Assembly (NCBI GenBank): GCA_951406725.2
Contig: OX597819.1
Span: 59,086,001-59,150,000 of the forward strand
DNA length: 64,000 bases
Reading direction: 5' to 3'
DNA from: Octopus vulgaris
Lineage: Eukaryota
In this document: piece by piece, positions 1-11,580 of the stretch
Layout: each line of letters opens with the position of its first letter
How positions within the stretch are numbered: position 1 is the first letter of the stretch
Program-made: the position numbers and the translations under genes
The notes under the pieces: model-generated
What the model saw: only the letters and a program-made list of their open reading frames with translations
Told to the model about the DNA's origin: nothing
The model's database searches: none

Positions 1-50
1 TTATTTGAACCATTGGTAATGTCCTGTACCCATATGTGCATGTGTGTGTA

Positions 51-93
<43 letters not shown>

Positions 94-753
94 TATTACT
101 TATTATTTATATAAGATCACAAATAAGGTTTAAAATTTACTACAGCTGTTTCAATAGCATTTTATTTATGCATTTATAATGGTTATTTTTCACCTTACTG
201 TTATCTCAGCATCATTGCACCTAGCCAGTCCTGGCATCCTATGTATTGATGCACCTAGATTGTAATGAATCCTGTAACAAATATATAGTTTTTATCTCCA
301 AAACTCACTCACAAGACTTGGTTAGATCAGGACTGTTGTAGAAGACACTTGCCCAGGGACTGAACCTGAAACTTCTCAACCACACACCCATACCTGTGCC
401 TAGCTATCTATCTGGATACACATGGGCACACAATGTACATGAAAAAACATGCACACACAATACAGAGAAAATTCTAAGTATCACTACTGGTCAACAGGGG
501 TAGCACTTGGCATGTTTGATACATTGTACAATATTAGTTACTAAAGGTGTATACACATCTAAGAACCATTATGAAACAATCTCATCATTCTTATCTTCAG
601 GTAAATGTTCTCAGGACATCTAAGATAAATGTACAAATGTATTTATGATGAAAAGTGGCATTACAGAAATAATGCAGATGTATGTTGAAAGTGAGTTAGT
701 GCAGAGTTTTAGACAAATTCATCATATGGAGAAAGCACACACGCACACATGCA

Positions 754-817
<64 letters not shown>

Positions 818-1206
818 TAATTTTTCTGAGATATTTTTCATACTGATGTGTGTTTCAAGGTTATTCAAGACAACTTTTCTAATCTTGCTTGTATTGCTGA
901 TAACTGTTTTCTATCTGTATCTTTGAAAATATGTCTGGAGTAAAATTACTCAACTTGAAAACAGTTAAAAGGTTGGTGACAGGAAAAGCATCCAACTATA
1001 TAAACTCCACCTCAAAAAATTCCATCTAACCCATGCAAGAATGGAAAAGTGGATGTTAAAATGACAATGATGTTTCTTTCCAGTTGTCTGCAGGCCTAAT
1101 TAACTGGTTCTACAATTCTTATATCACTGATAGGGAAAACAACATTAACATCATTTTCAAAGCAGTCATTAAATTTAACTTTATCTGTTTAGCTTTCTTG
1201 TACATA

Positions 1207-1378
1207 GGTACAGGAGTGTCTGTATGGTAGAAAAGATGCTTGCTTCCCAACCATATGGTTCTGGGTTCAGTCCCACTGTGTGGTACCTTAGGCAAGTGTC
1301 TTCTACTATAGCATCAGGTCGACCAAAGCCTTGTGAGTGGATTTGGTAGATGGAATCTGAAAGAAGCCCGTCGTGTGC
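1207..1378 (+). mobile_element. tRNA-derived SINE family A, 5' half
   Basis: ggtacaggagtgtctgtatggtag...gggttcagtcccactgtgtggtacctt...gagtggatttggtaga. Further decayed copies lie near 300-400, 13300-13600, 22550-22850 and 26810-26960. Confidence 0.85.
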
Positions 1379-1386
1379 ATATATAT

Positions 1387-1419
<33 letters not shown>

Positions 1420-1435
1420 CATATAGATATATAGA

Positions 1436-2080
1436 TCATCATCACAATCATCATCATCGTTTAATGTCCGTTTTCCATGCTGGCATGGGCTGGACAGTTT
1501 GACTGGGGTCTGGAAAGCCAGGAGGCTGCACCAGGCTCCAGTCTGATCTGGTAGTGTTTCTATAGCTGGATACCCTTCCTAAAACCAACCACTCCGAGAG
1601 TGTAGTGAGTGCCTTTTACATGCCACTGGCACAGGAGCCAGAGGAGGCTGGCAACAACCACAATCAGTTGGTGCTTTTTACGTGCCACCAGCACGGGATC
1701 ACAGCTACAATTTCCATTTGATTTTGATGTACTTGACTCAATAGGCCCTCTCAAGCACAGCATGTTGGTACTTTTGAGTGGGCTGGGGTTGGTTATGCAA
1801 CACTAGTGTAGGTTACAGCTGTGAACTCACTTTATTTGCCAGGTCTTCGCAGTCACAGCATATCTACAGAAGCCTCAGTCTTTTGTCATTGCCTCTGTGA
1901 GGCCCAACACTCGAAGGTCATGCTTCACCACCTCATCCCATTCCTTCAACTGTTTAGGAGTAGCACTTCTTCACACAGCTCTCCTCATCAATCCATAGTA
2001 CATGACCATACTAGCGCAAACATTTCTCTTGCACACCACATCTGATGCTTCTTATGTCCAACATTTCTCTCAGGGCACTT
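1436..2080 (-). mobile_element. RTE LINE 3' end with UTR and (GAT)n tail
   Basis: Minus strand reads LREMLDIRSIRCGVQEKCLR*YGHV and WDEVVKHDLRVLGLTEAMTKD, followed by the conserved UTR ending ccatgccagcatggaaaacggacattaaacgatgatg. Confidence 0.85.
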
Positions 2081-2718
2081 ATGGTAGAGAGTTTGAAGAG
2101 CTTTCCAGTAAAAGGATACCCACAAGTCAGAAGGAGCTTGATCTTGCAGTTTTCCCCTCTCCAACTGGTTTTACTGCATGTCCAAACACAAACCTACATA
2201 TTTCCACACTTCTAAGCAAGCATAGCATTGTGTAGTTCACAGGTTTGCTTCAAAATTATATAAACACACATATTCACACATATACATGTGTATGGACACA
2301 TGCACACGTGCACAAACAAACACACACACACACACACACACTCGCTGTATGTTGGCAGATTGAAACAAAAAAAGTTTGTAGCTATGCAAAACAGTCAAAA
2401 CTAAAATGATAGCAATCAAGAGAACTGCAAATATCTTCATGCCTGAGAAAAGTCTTAAATTCCACCTACAGTTGGGTAACTATGAATAATATGTCCTTCA
2501 ATACTGTCAAAATTTAATGCTCTCCATTACATTTAGAAAAACTTCCAACAAAATGCTTTACCTTGCCCTTTACAAATGAACAATAGATAAAATCCAATTA
2601 TAGATCAAGGGAAGGCTGTGCTTGCTGATACTTCTTCCTCTGAACACATCTACACATCTAGAGTTCAATTACTGAATTCTGAGAACTTATTTGCATACAT
2701 TAACCTTCTGCAAATCCA

Positions 2719-2905
2719 TTATCTTAAGTAGGTTAGTTAGACTACAGCTCTCAACTCTGATATCCTAGGAGACCAAGCCTTATCCTGAGCTCCAAGAATA
2801 TCAGAGTTGAGAACAGTAGTCCAACTAACTTTCTTAAGATAAGTTTGTCAGACTTCAGTTATGTATTATTTCTCCAGCAACTGGAAATAACACATAATTA
2901 AAGTC
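2719..2905. repeat. Two adjacent hairpins (MITE-like)
   Basis: Arms 2719-2771 and 2790-2842 (53 bp, 7 mismatches). Second hairpin gacttcagttatgtattatttc/gaaataacacataattaaagtc at 2851-2905. Confidence 0.8.
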
Positions 2906-2987
2906 AGAGTTTTGAATTACTGGGAACACCTGCAACAGTATTGCATCTGCTTTCTGGAATAGTGGAGTGAATACTATATATACATAT

Positions 2988-3673
2988 ATCATCATCATTT
3001 AACATTCATTTTCCATGCTGGCATGAGTTGGATGGTTTGATTGAGGTCTTGAGAGCCAGTGGCTGCACCAGCCTCCAATCTGATCTGGCAACATTTCTAC
3101 AGCTGGATGCCCCTCCCAACGCCAACCACTCTGAGAGTAAAGTGAGTGCATTTTACATGCCACCAGCACAGGAGCCAGTCAGGGGACACTGGCATAGACC
3201 TCGTTCAGATGGTGCTTTTTACATACCACCAGCACAGGAGCCAGTCAGACGGCCCCGGCATTGATCACATTCGGATAGTGCTTTTTATGTGCTACCGGCA
3301 CAGGAGCCAGTCAGGTGACACTGGCATTGACCATGTTCAGATGGTGCTTTTTATGTGCTACTGCATGGGAGCCAGTCGGGGGACACTAGCATCAACCACA
3401 TCCAGATGATGCATTTTACATACCACCAGAACAGGAACCAGTCAGGAGGCATAGGCCACTGCTACAATTTTAGTTTTACTTGACTCCACAGGTCTTCTCA
3501 AGCATATCATATTGCCTCCCACATCAATGGAGCAGAGATGCAACACTGGCATCAGTCATGGCTGCGATCTCACTTTAATTGCCAGGTCTTCTCAATCACA
3601 GCATATTTCCAAAGGTCTCAGTCTCCTGTCATTGCATCTGTGAGGTCCAACATTCAAAGGTCATGCTTCACCA

Positions 3674-3675
<2 letters not shown>
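2988..3675 (-). mobile_element. RTE LINE 3' end with an internal ~65-bp tandem repeat (about 5 units, 3147-3460)
   Basis: Same ORF terminus and tail as the 1436-2080 copy. The unit gtgcttttta..tgccaccagcacaggagccagtcag..gacactggcattga... is repeated. Confidence 0.85.
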
Positions 3676-3733
<58 letters not shown>

Positions 3734-3908
3734 TTGAAAAATAGGAGGCAGTCAGAATGTTGGATAATCCTTTATTAGTGCTTTCGTTCATTTACAAACT
3801 TGCCAACACAAAATCAAAATCATTTTGATTTTGTCTTGGCAAGTTCGTAAATGAACAAAAGTACTAATAAAGGGTTAACCAATATTCTGACTGCCTCCTG
3901 TTTCTCAA
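3734..3908. repeat. 175-bp palindrome (87-bp arms, 9 mismatches, 1-nt centre)
   Basis: Direct arm comparison around c3821. Confidence 0.92.
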
Positions 3909-3943
3909 CATACAATATTTGTACACCACTTCAAACACTCAAT

Positions 3944-4014
<71 letters not shown>

Positions 4015-4689
4015 TATATATATATCTTCATTAACAATAGAAGTGGTATTAGTTCAAAATAGCAATCTTTATATCATATTTAAAGCAGTTATATTGTTAA
4101 AAACCTGCTAGACTGTGGTATCTGTCTCAAGAAAGCATTTGCCAAAAACCAAATATATATCAGTAATAGGTGAAAATCATCCAGCAGAAGGATGTATTTT
4201 GTCTGCTGCTGATATATTTCTGCATTTTTTAACACTATATGTCTATATGAGATGTTTTCTTGTGATGAATACTGCAGTCTAGCAGACTTTCAGTAACATA
4301 TCTGCATTAAGTAGAATATACAGATTTGATATCCTGTGTGTGTACATATATATGGAAGGTCCTTGGTGGATCCTTCTCAAACTTTCATATATAGGAAAGA
4401 ATGAACAGAAGAAATGTATAATTCAATGAGATATCTAGTTTCTTTGCATTCTTGCACTGGGAATCTATGCTGCAGTAACATAGCAGTTGACCCTTTAGTA
4501 TTTAGACTGCTATGTTAAATGTACTTTTCATTTATTCACTTTGTTTTGAATTAATTAAGCATTATCTTGTAATGTCAAGATATTGATATTGTAACTGCCT
4601 TCTAAGGGAGCTTTAAAACCTTCGAAAATGCTCTCCTGAAATTTGTCAAAAATGTCTATATGCACTTCTCTTACCTTGAAAGAGGTTAT

Positions 4690-4900
4690 GTATAACAATA
4701 TGATGATAATGATGGTAATATATATAACAATATGATGATGACAATGGTTATATATATAACGATATGATGATGACAATGGTTATATATATAACGATATGAT
4801 GATGATGGTGGTGGTGGTTATATATATATATATATATATATAACAATAATATGATGATGGTGGTTTTATATATATATATAACAATAATATGATGATGGTG

Positions 4901-4932
<32 letters not shown>

Positions 4933-4960
4933 ACAATATGATGATGATATATATATATCT
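4690..4960. repeat. Compound minisatellite (TA)n-AC-(ATG)n-(GGT)n
   Basis: About seven imperfect units of tatataacaatatgatgatg(gt). Confidence 0.85.
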
Positions 4961-7944
4961 CACTATCATCATCATTTTATGTCGACTTTCCATGCTCAGC
5001 AGCTACAATTCAATTTAGGTTTTATTCAGAATTACTGTCCTCTTGGGCAAGTTTGAGGCCCATGTCTTGCTTATACATTGCATTTACACACACACACACA
5101 CACAATTTGCCTCATTTTGAACAGGTGTCTATATCTGTATATGTCCATGAGAAATGTGTGTAAAGTGAAGGACAATGGTATTTGAGCAAGTAGGCCATAA
5201 ATTTTAAGTAACAATACTGTTTATGGAAAAAGTCATGGGAAAACAAAAATAAAAAAACTATAATAAAAAGCTCTCTCTGTCAATAGGGTTCGAAAGTATA
5301 GATGAATATATGACCTCTTTTTCAATTAATTCTTTTAGTAATTGAATGACTTGATTTAGTTATCTTCGTTAGATATCATGTTATTTTGTCAACGTAATGA
5401 AGTGTGCAATGCCATTTGTTGAAGCACAAATGACAGAGATATCAATATTTGTTAACTCAAGCAGCATATACAATAAACAGATTTTGAACTCCTTTATTTC
5501 ACGACCTTAAGAGATGTATTAATCTCTTCTCCTTAGAGGAATCAACAACAATAGTAAATCTTCTAGGATATATATGTTAACATTATCTGTCCTAGGTGTT
5601 ACACAGAACTATCTCCTTTCAACATACATCTATAAATCTGTAAAGAGAAAAACTTATCTTTATCACTAAAAATAAGCATCTAGCTCAGTTTATTAGAATT
5701 CAGATTAGTTTAGGCAGAATTTCATTGCCATAATTGGAAAGATGTACTTCCAATCCCTCAACTTGCATTTTTTATGCAGTACTGCAATAATTTTTAAACA
5801 GAAAACATTATATCCACTTGGTTCCAATGAGTTTCCAAACCTTAAAAATAATAGTAATTTTCTGTAATGTTAATTCTATGTATATGATTATGCAGGACAG
5901 TTTATGCATAAATTGCTTCCTTATAACAAAGCAGCCAATTCTTCATTTCAATAAATTCTTATTTAAAAACAAACAAGTAACAAAGAACATCTAAGTAGTG
6001 ATGACAAGCTAACCCACTTGTAAAGTTCTGAGTACACTAGCAAGTTGGGTTTAAAAAGAAAATTAAAGTACTAGCTCAAAGGTAGAATGCTGGTATAAAA
6101 TGCATAACTTGGTTGATGAGATGTTCACTAGCTTACATTTCTAATTTCAAATCCTGCTGAGGCTGACTTAGTCTTCCATCTACATTGCAGATAAAATAAG
6201 TACCAGTAACACCAGAAAAATGCTTAAAAAAAATAGGCCACATCTTGCATACCAAGACTGGAAATAACTTACAAATGTTTGATTAACTATATCAATCAAA
6301 CAAATATCTTTAATCAATACTAGCCAGGCCAAATTGAAAAACTAAAATGAATTTAATTAGCAACTTCATTCCTCACCTTCAAGCTAAGTTATTTCAAGTT
6401 GACAAATTTAATGCAGGCTAATATACTAATTACATTTTTACACAGTATGTTTTTATAGACAATGTTCATTAATAAAATAACAAGATATACAAAATGAAAA
6501 TTAGATTGTTTTTGTGTAAGAAACCTGCATGCTTGCATAGGAAAAAAGTGCTTTCTTCAGAATAAAATTTTCTTCACTACTACTATCCAGCTACTGTCCC
6601 TGGCATATGATCATTATTAGATATTATTCATTGATAGTTAATAGATTTTTATAAAACTGCTCTATTTTCTAATCTTCATATCATTATCAGTTTCCTTTCC
6701 TTTTATTAAATTGGCATAGGTTGAATAGTTTTGTACAACAATATATTTCTATGCTTCTTCGTCCAATGACAGACTTAATTTAAATAAGCCTACTATTATC
6801 AGTTACATATCCGACAAACAACTTAGAAGATGTGTTCACTCATCTTGTCATTCATTCATATTAATGTCCATACAAGGAGGTTAGTTAGATTCTACTCTAT
6901 GAATATTAATTATGCTATAAAAATATAACCAGATTTAGTGTTGATTAAAGAAAACAAACACATACTCCAAATTAGTGTTAGCGTTAAAGATTAGTAGAAA
7001 CATTGATTAATTACATTCCAGAATGTATTAGATTGTTGTACAATAAAATGTTGAAAATATTTTCCAAATGATTTAGCATGTCATAGTAAATGAAAAATCT
7101 AATTACAAACTTGAATAATATCTTACTTATGCTTTTAGAATAATTTACAGAAGGTTGTGCAAAGTAAGGAATATGCCACAGGTCCATAGTTCCTATAACA
7201 CGATGAGATATAATTCTGTATTTTTTTTGTGATCAAGTTTGTGCAAAGCAGTAGAATATATTGCAATCATTGTATATATGACCTTGACAGTCACAGAGAC
7301 TTCATTGGTCTGGATGCAATTTTAAAATCCATTCAAACTTTGTAATAAATACAACACACACCATAGGAATTTGAAAGTGTGTGTAAATTTTATGCACACA
7401 CACACACATTTTTTATATATATATATATATATATATGGTGATAGTATCACAGCATGACCATAGCCTGATGACTGAAATCAGTTAAAAATGTATATTTTTG
7501 AGTGTGTATTTGTGTGTTGAATACACAAAATTTCAATAAGTATATGCATATGTATGCTTGAATGTTATTTTTGATGTCTTTAAAACTGAATCACCCAAAA
7601 TAACAGTTTTTAGCTTCATCAATTGAACTTTGTATCTTGCTAACTTACAAACAAATACAAACTCCTTTATATATTTATTTTAAAAAGATTAATCAAAATT
7701 TTAATATCACTAAATGAATTCTTATAACTTAAGATCTTGAAATTCCTTTTTACTATAAGCATTCATACTTTTGTTCAGTTGCCAAACTTACACTGCTTCT
7801 ACTCAATAAAATTAATCTTTATTTGTGAGTCCAAATGAAAATAAATAAACCAAAATTAATACCAACATTTTTGATTAAAAGAAGCTTTAAAATATGAAAG
7901 GATGGAATAAATAAAATTCAGGTGCACAGTCAACAACAACTTAC

Positions 7945-8079
7945 CATTGATGGCTGCACTGTGTCGCTTCGGAGGAAGATGTTCCATTTTAACATCCATT
8001 CCATTTAGCACAATAGACAAATCTCCAATTTTACCTTTCCCATTGTGTTTCAAATCCAACTTTTTTGAATGAGAATTAA
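7945..8079 (-). CDS. NEDD4-family E3 ligase, coding exon 4 (end of C2 and start of linker); gene continues beyond window start
   Basis: 135 nt, acceptor ccttgtttctag, donor G|gtaagt. (F)NSHSKKLDLKHNGKGKIGDLSIVLNGMDVKMEHLPPKRHSAAIN; IGDLSIVLNG resembles ITCH IGDLSICLDG. Frame is continuous with the preceding exons. Confidence 0.92.
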
Positions 8080-9294
8080 CTAGAAACAAGGATAAAAATC
8101 AATGACATTACAGTTAAAAAAAATAAATAAATAAATAAAACTGCTTACAATATAATTTGCAAAGATGCATTGACAAAAGACATGCCCAAGTAAATAAGTA
8201 AAATCCAGTTTCTAGAAAAATCCTGACATTTATAAAAAATTTAGTGTTGTTTGTACATCACTGGAGATTAAGTAAGAATGGCCATAAGCAGAAATTCAAT
8301 ATAGAGAAAAAGTTGTGTAGTAGGAAATCTGTTAATATGGACACATTGGTGTATTGACAGAATCAACAGTCTTTGTGTAGATGTCAGTCAACAGACGATT
8401 TTGTGATATTCAGAAATTCTCTATTACAATTTTACTATCTATAAAAAGCACCAAAGGGGTTAAAACTAAATTAGTCTCTGCAGATTTTGACTGGGTAGGT
8501 ATTGTATTCTAATAAACAATTCATTAATTGACAATGTGACTAATGCTACATTGTCAATTTTTTCCCCCTAAGACAAACTAATACCAAAAATGTTCAGTAT
8601 CTTGCTCAGAGACGCAATGCAACAGTAGTGATGAATAAAAACTTTCAACTCTTCAGAAGACAGACAGACATTTTGTCAAGTCAACTCTTGTGGCTGACTA
8701 CACAACACTTACAAATGGTTACTATTAATTGAAGTTAGGCATGTCTGAGCTGATGTTAAGTTAATATTAACAAATTTTGTTAGATAAGAAAAAAATTTAC
8801 TCTAATACAAAGTTTCTCAACAGTACTGCCCCTTCAAGGGAACATTGCGCATGGGGGGTGGGGGCATTATGCTTTAGGGAGCAGTGAAGTAACATAATTA
8901 ACATACTAAATTCTACCTATAGTAGTAATTATATTATACATGATAAAACCAGTGATGGTTATTAAAATAAAATGAGATCTCATCAGGCACAGGGAAGTAA
9001 TTAACCTACAATGTATAAAGCAAATTTACAACTTTTATCTTTATTCATTTTATCATGTCACTGTTAAAAGCTTATACAATCCATTTTTAGAGTAAAATTT
9101 ATAATTTATCATCCATGTTAAGTTAGTTTAGTCACGATATCTCACTTCCCACTTAGGCAAGTGCTAAATATAACAACTACTTAAAAGCAGACCACTACAA
9201 AAAAAAAGTTAATAACCCATTCTAATATATACAATGTGTTAAGCAGAGTTTTAAAAATATTAAAACTACGGAAAGCTATTTTTAAGCAACTTAC

Positions 9295-9419
9295 ATTTTC
9301 CATGATATTCTTTCAAAAGTGGGTACAAATCAAGTGTAACTTCCCCTAATAAGGAATTAGCTCGGATGTGGTTCTGGTTTAAGACACGGAAATCTAACTT
9401 AGAATAAGGTGTCACTAAC
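9295..9419 (-). CDS. NEDD4-family E3 ligase, coding exon 3 (C2 domain)
   Basis: 125 nt, acceptor ttttcag, donor gtaagt. LVTPYSKLDFRVLNQNHIRANSLLGEVTLDLYPLLKEYHGK resembles ITCH [25 protein letters not shown]. Absent from the ORF track. Confidence 0.95.
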
Positions 9420-9581
9420 CTGAAAAATATAAACACAAGAAGCAAATATATACTTCACAATTATACAAATTATATAAAGAGAAAAGGTACATTTCTAACA
9501 AATAGAATCATTTTAGAAAGGGGTATAGCCAAAATGATCTTTAAATACAAATTATTTTAAATACTTTAAACATTAACTCAC

Positions 9582-9720
9582 ACAGTGAAATGTTCATTCC
9601 ATTCTGGATTTGTAGATTTTCGACATACTTCTGTTTTTTTTGGTGACATGCTATCAACACTGAGCTCCAGATATGGATCAGGTTTGAATAAACCTACTGC
9701 AGTTAACCTGGCTGATTGGA
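9582..9720 (-). CDS. NEDD4-family E3 ligase, coding exon 2 (C2 domain)
   Basis: 139 nt, acceptor ttttcttttctttag, donor gtgagt. (V)QSARLTAVGLFKPDPYLELSVDSMSPKKTEVCRKSTNPEWNEHFT(V) carries the C2 motifs PDPY and NPxWNE. Confidence 0.95.
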
Positions 9721-9862
9721 CTAAAGAAAAGAAAAAATAATAATTACGTAAATATAATAATATTACATCTAATGCCAAAACTGATATCTCAGACATATAG
9801 TTCAGAAATAATGACCATAACCTAGGACGGATTCATGTCATATTTGTTTATCTTGAATTTAA

Positions 9863-10050
9863 CCCTTTAGTATTCAAATCGACCACATCTAACCAAGACA
9901 TTTTACTTGCTTTATGCTCAAACTGGCCATATCAGGCCTCTTGCACCAATCCTACAATGTCATTCTAAAAATTAACAATCACATCAAAATCTTGAAACTA
10001 CAAGATAATTCATAATTAATTCAAAACAAAATAATCTGAATGCTAAAGGG
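9863..10050. mobile_element. piggyBac-type MITE
   Basis: TTAA on both flanks. Termini CCCTTTAGTATTCA and TGAATGCTAAAGGG match 13/14. A related inverted copy lies at ~52366-52589. Confidence 0.85.
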
Positions 10051-10533
10051 TTAAAATAAATAAAATTTTAATTCTAGGGGGGAAAAAACCCCAAAACCAG
10101 TCAAACTTAATACTGGTATTGTTTATGGCTTCAAACAAAAAAAGAGGTTTCTACTTTTTATTGCAATTCCCAAAGGGACATCAAATAATAACAGAAATAA
10201 CCTATGGAGAGCATGATCATAGGTTCATAACTGACCATATCCACACCATTTTGTCTTTAGACAAGACAGCTAATCTTTATTTGCCTCTGAGGAATTTGTT
10301 GACATAACAAATAAACAAATCCTCATTTCAAAACCTAGAATCCTGTATTACAAACAACACTCCACAGCGACAAATAATTGCATTCTAGAGTCTATTGTAG
10401 GTTACAGTCAATATTTCTGAACTACATGTCTAAGATATCAGCTACATCAGCTTCTCATCTAAATAAATTTTAATTGATCCTAGAACTGTTACTATACCAT
10501 GTTTAATTCTTGTATTGGTAAATCCAACTGTAG

Positions 10534-10569
<36 letters not shown>

Positions 10570-10592
10570 TAATTAATTAATTAATTAATTAA

Positions 10593-11580
10593 GGCAGAGA
10601 GCTGGCAGAATTGTTAGCACGCCAAGCAAAATGCTTCGCGGTATTTCATCTGCTGCTACTTTCTGAGTTCAAGTTCTGCTGAGGTCGATTTTGCTTTTCA
10701 TCCTTTCAGGGTTAAAGGGTTAATAAATTAGGTACCTGTTGCATACTGGGGTCGATCTAATTGACTGCCCCCCCCCCCCCCCCGCCTCTGTCAAAATTTC
10801 CGGCCTTATGCCTATAGTAGAAAGGATTATTATTATCATCATCATTATTATTAAAGTGGCAAGCTGCTGGAACCATTAGCACACTGGACAAAATGTTTAG
10901 CAGCATTTCATTTGCCTTAAAGTTCTGGGTTCAAATTCTGCTGCGGTCAACTTTGCCTTTCATCCTTTTGAGGTCAATGAAATACGTATCAGTCAAGCAT
11001 GGGTTGATGTAATCGACAAGCACTCTCCCCAAAATTTCAGGCTTTGTGCCTACAGTAGACAATGTTGTTGTTGTTAAGGCAGCGAACTAGCAGAATCCTT
11101 ATTGCAGCATTTCTTCCACCTCTTTACATCTGAGCTTAAATTCCACCAAGGTTGATTCTACCTTTCATCCTTCAGAATCAATAAAGTAAACTACCAGTCA
11201 AGTACAGGGATCATTGAAAATCAACTTCCTCCTCCATTTAAAATTGCTGGCTTTTTCCGAGTTCCGATACTGCCAAAGTCGACTTTGCCATTCATTGTTT
11301 TGGGTTGGATAAAATGAAGTACCAGTCAAGCACAACGGTTGGATATAATCAACTACCCTGTTCCAGTAAAAAGAAAGCTGTTAGCCTTGTGCTAAAATGC
11401 AAAACAATAATTATTGTTGTTGGAGCACTAACTTGACAGTATCATTACAACATCAGAGAATAGTATTTCTTCTGGCTCTTTATGTTCTGAGTTCAAATCC
11501 AGGGTCATCTTTGCCTTCCATCTTTTCAATGTCATTAAAATAAAGTACCTGTCAAGTATTGAGTCAATGGTATCAACTAG
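10593..11580 (+). mobile_element. Head-to-tail cluster of about five SINE family B copies
   Basis: Repeated ggc.g.gagctggcagaa...gttctgagttcaaattc.gc.gaggtc.actttgcctttcatcc units at ~10593, 10857, 11078, 11255 and 11420, several separated by (ATT)n/(GTT)n tracts. Confidence 0.88.

Noticed and set aside
125-215. Minus-strand GAAACAGCTGTA with upstream CTGAGA, hammerhead-like
   Set aside because: The palindromic stem III is suggestive, but the core lacks a base and stems I/II do not pair convincingly.
3147-3460. CRISPR-like regular repeats
   Set aside because: Whole units are homologous with no unique spacers, and the context is a eukaryotic LINE UTR.
1-7900. Search for the next ligase exons (linker and WW domains)
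   Set aside because: No WW motif or convincing phase-1 exon was found; a divergent linker exon could have been missed.
9578-9796. ORF-track N-terminus MSEISVLALDV...
   Set aside because: It is intronic read-through upstream of the acceptor at 9721; only 9720-9582 is exon.
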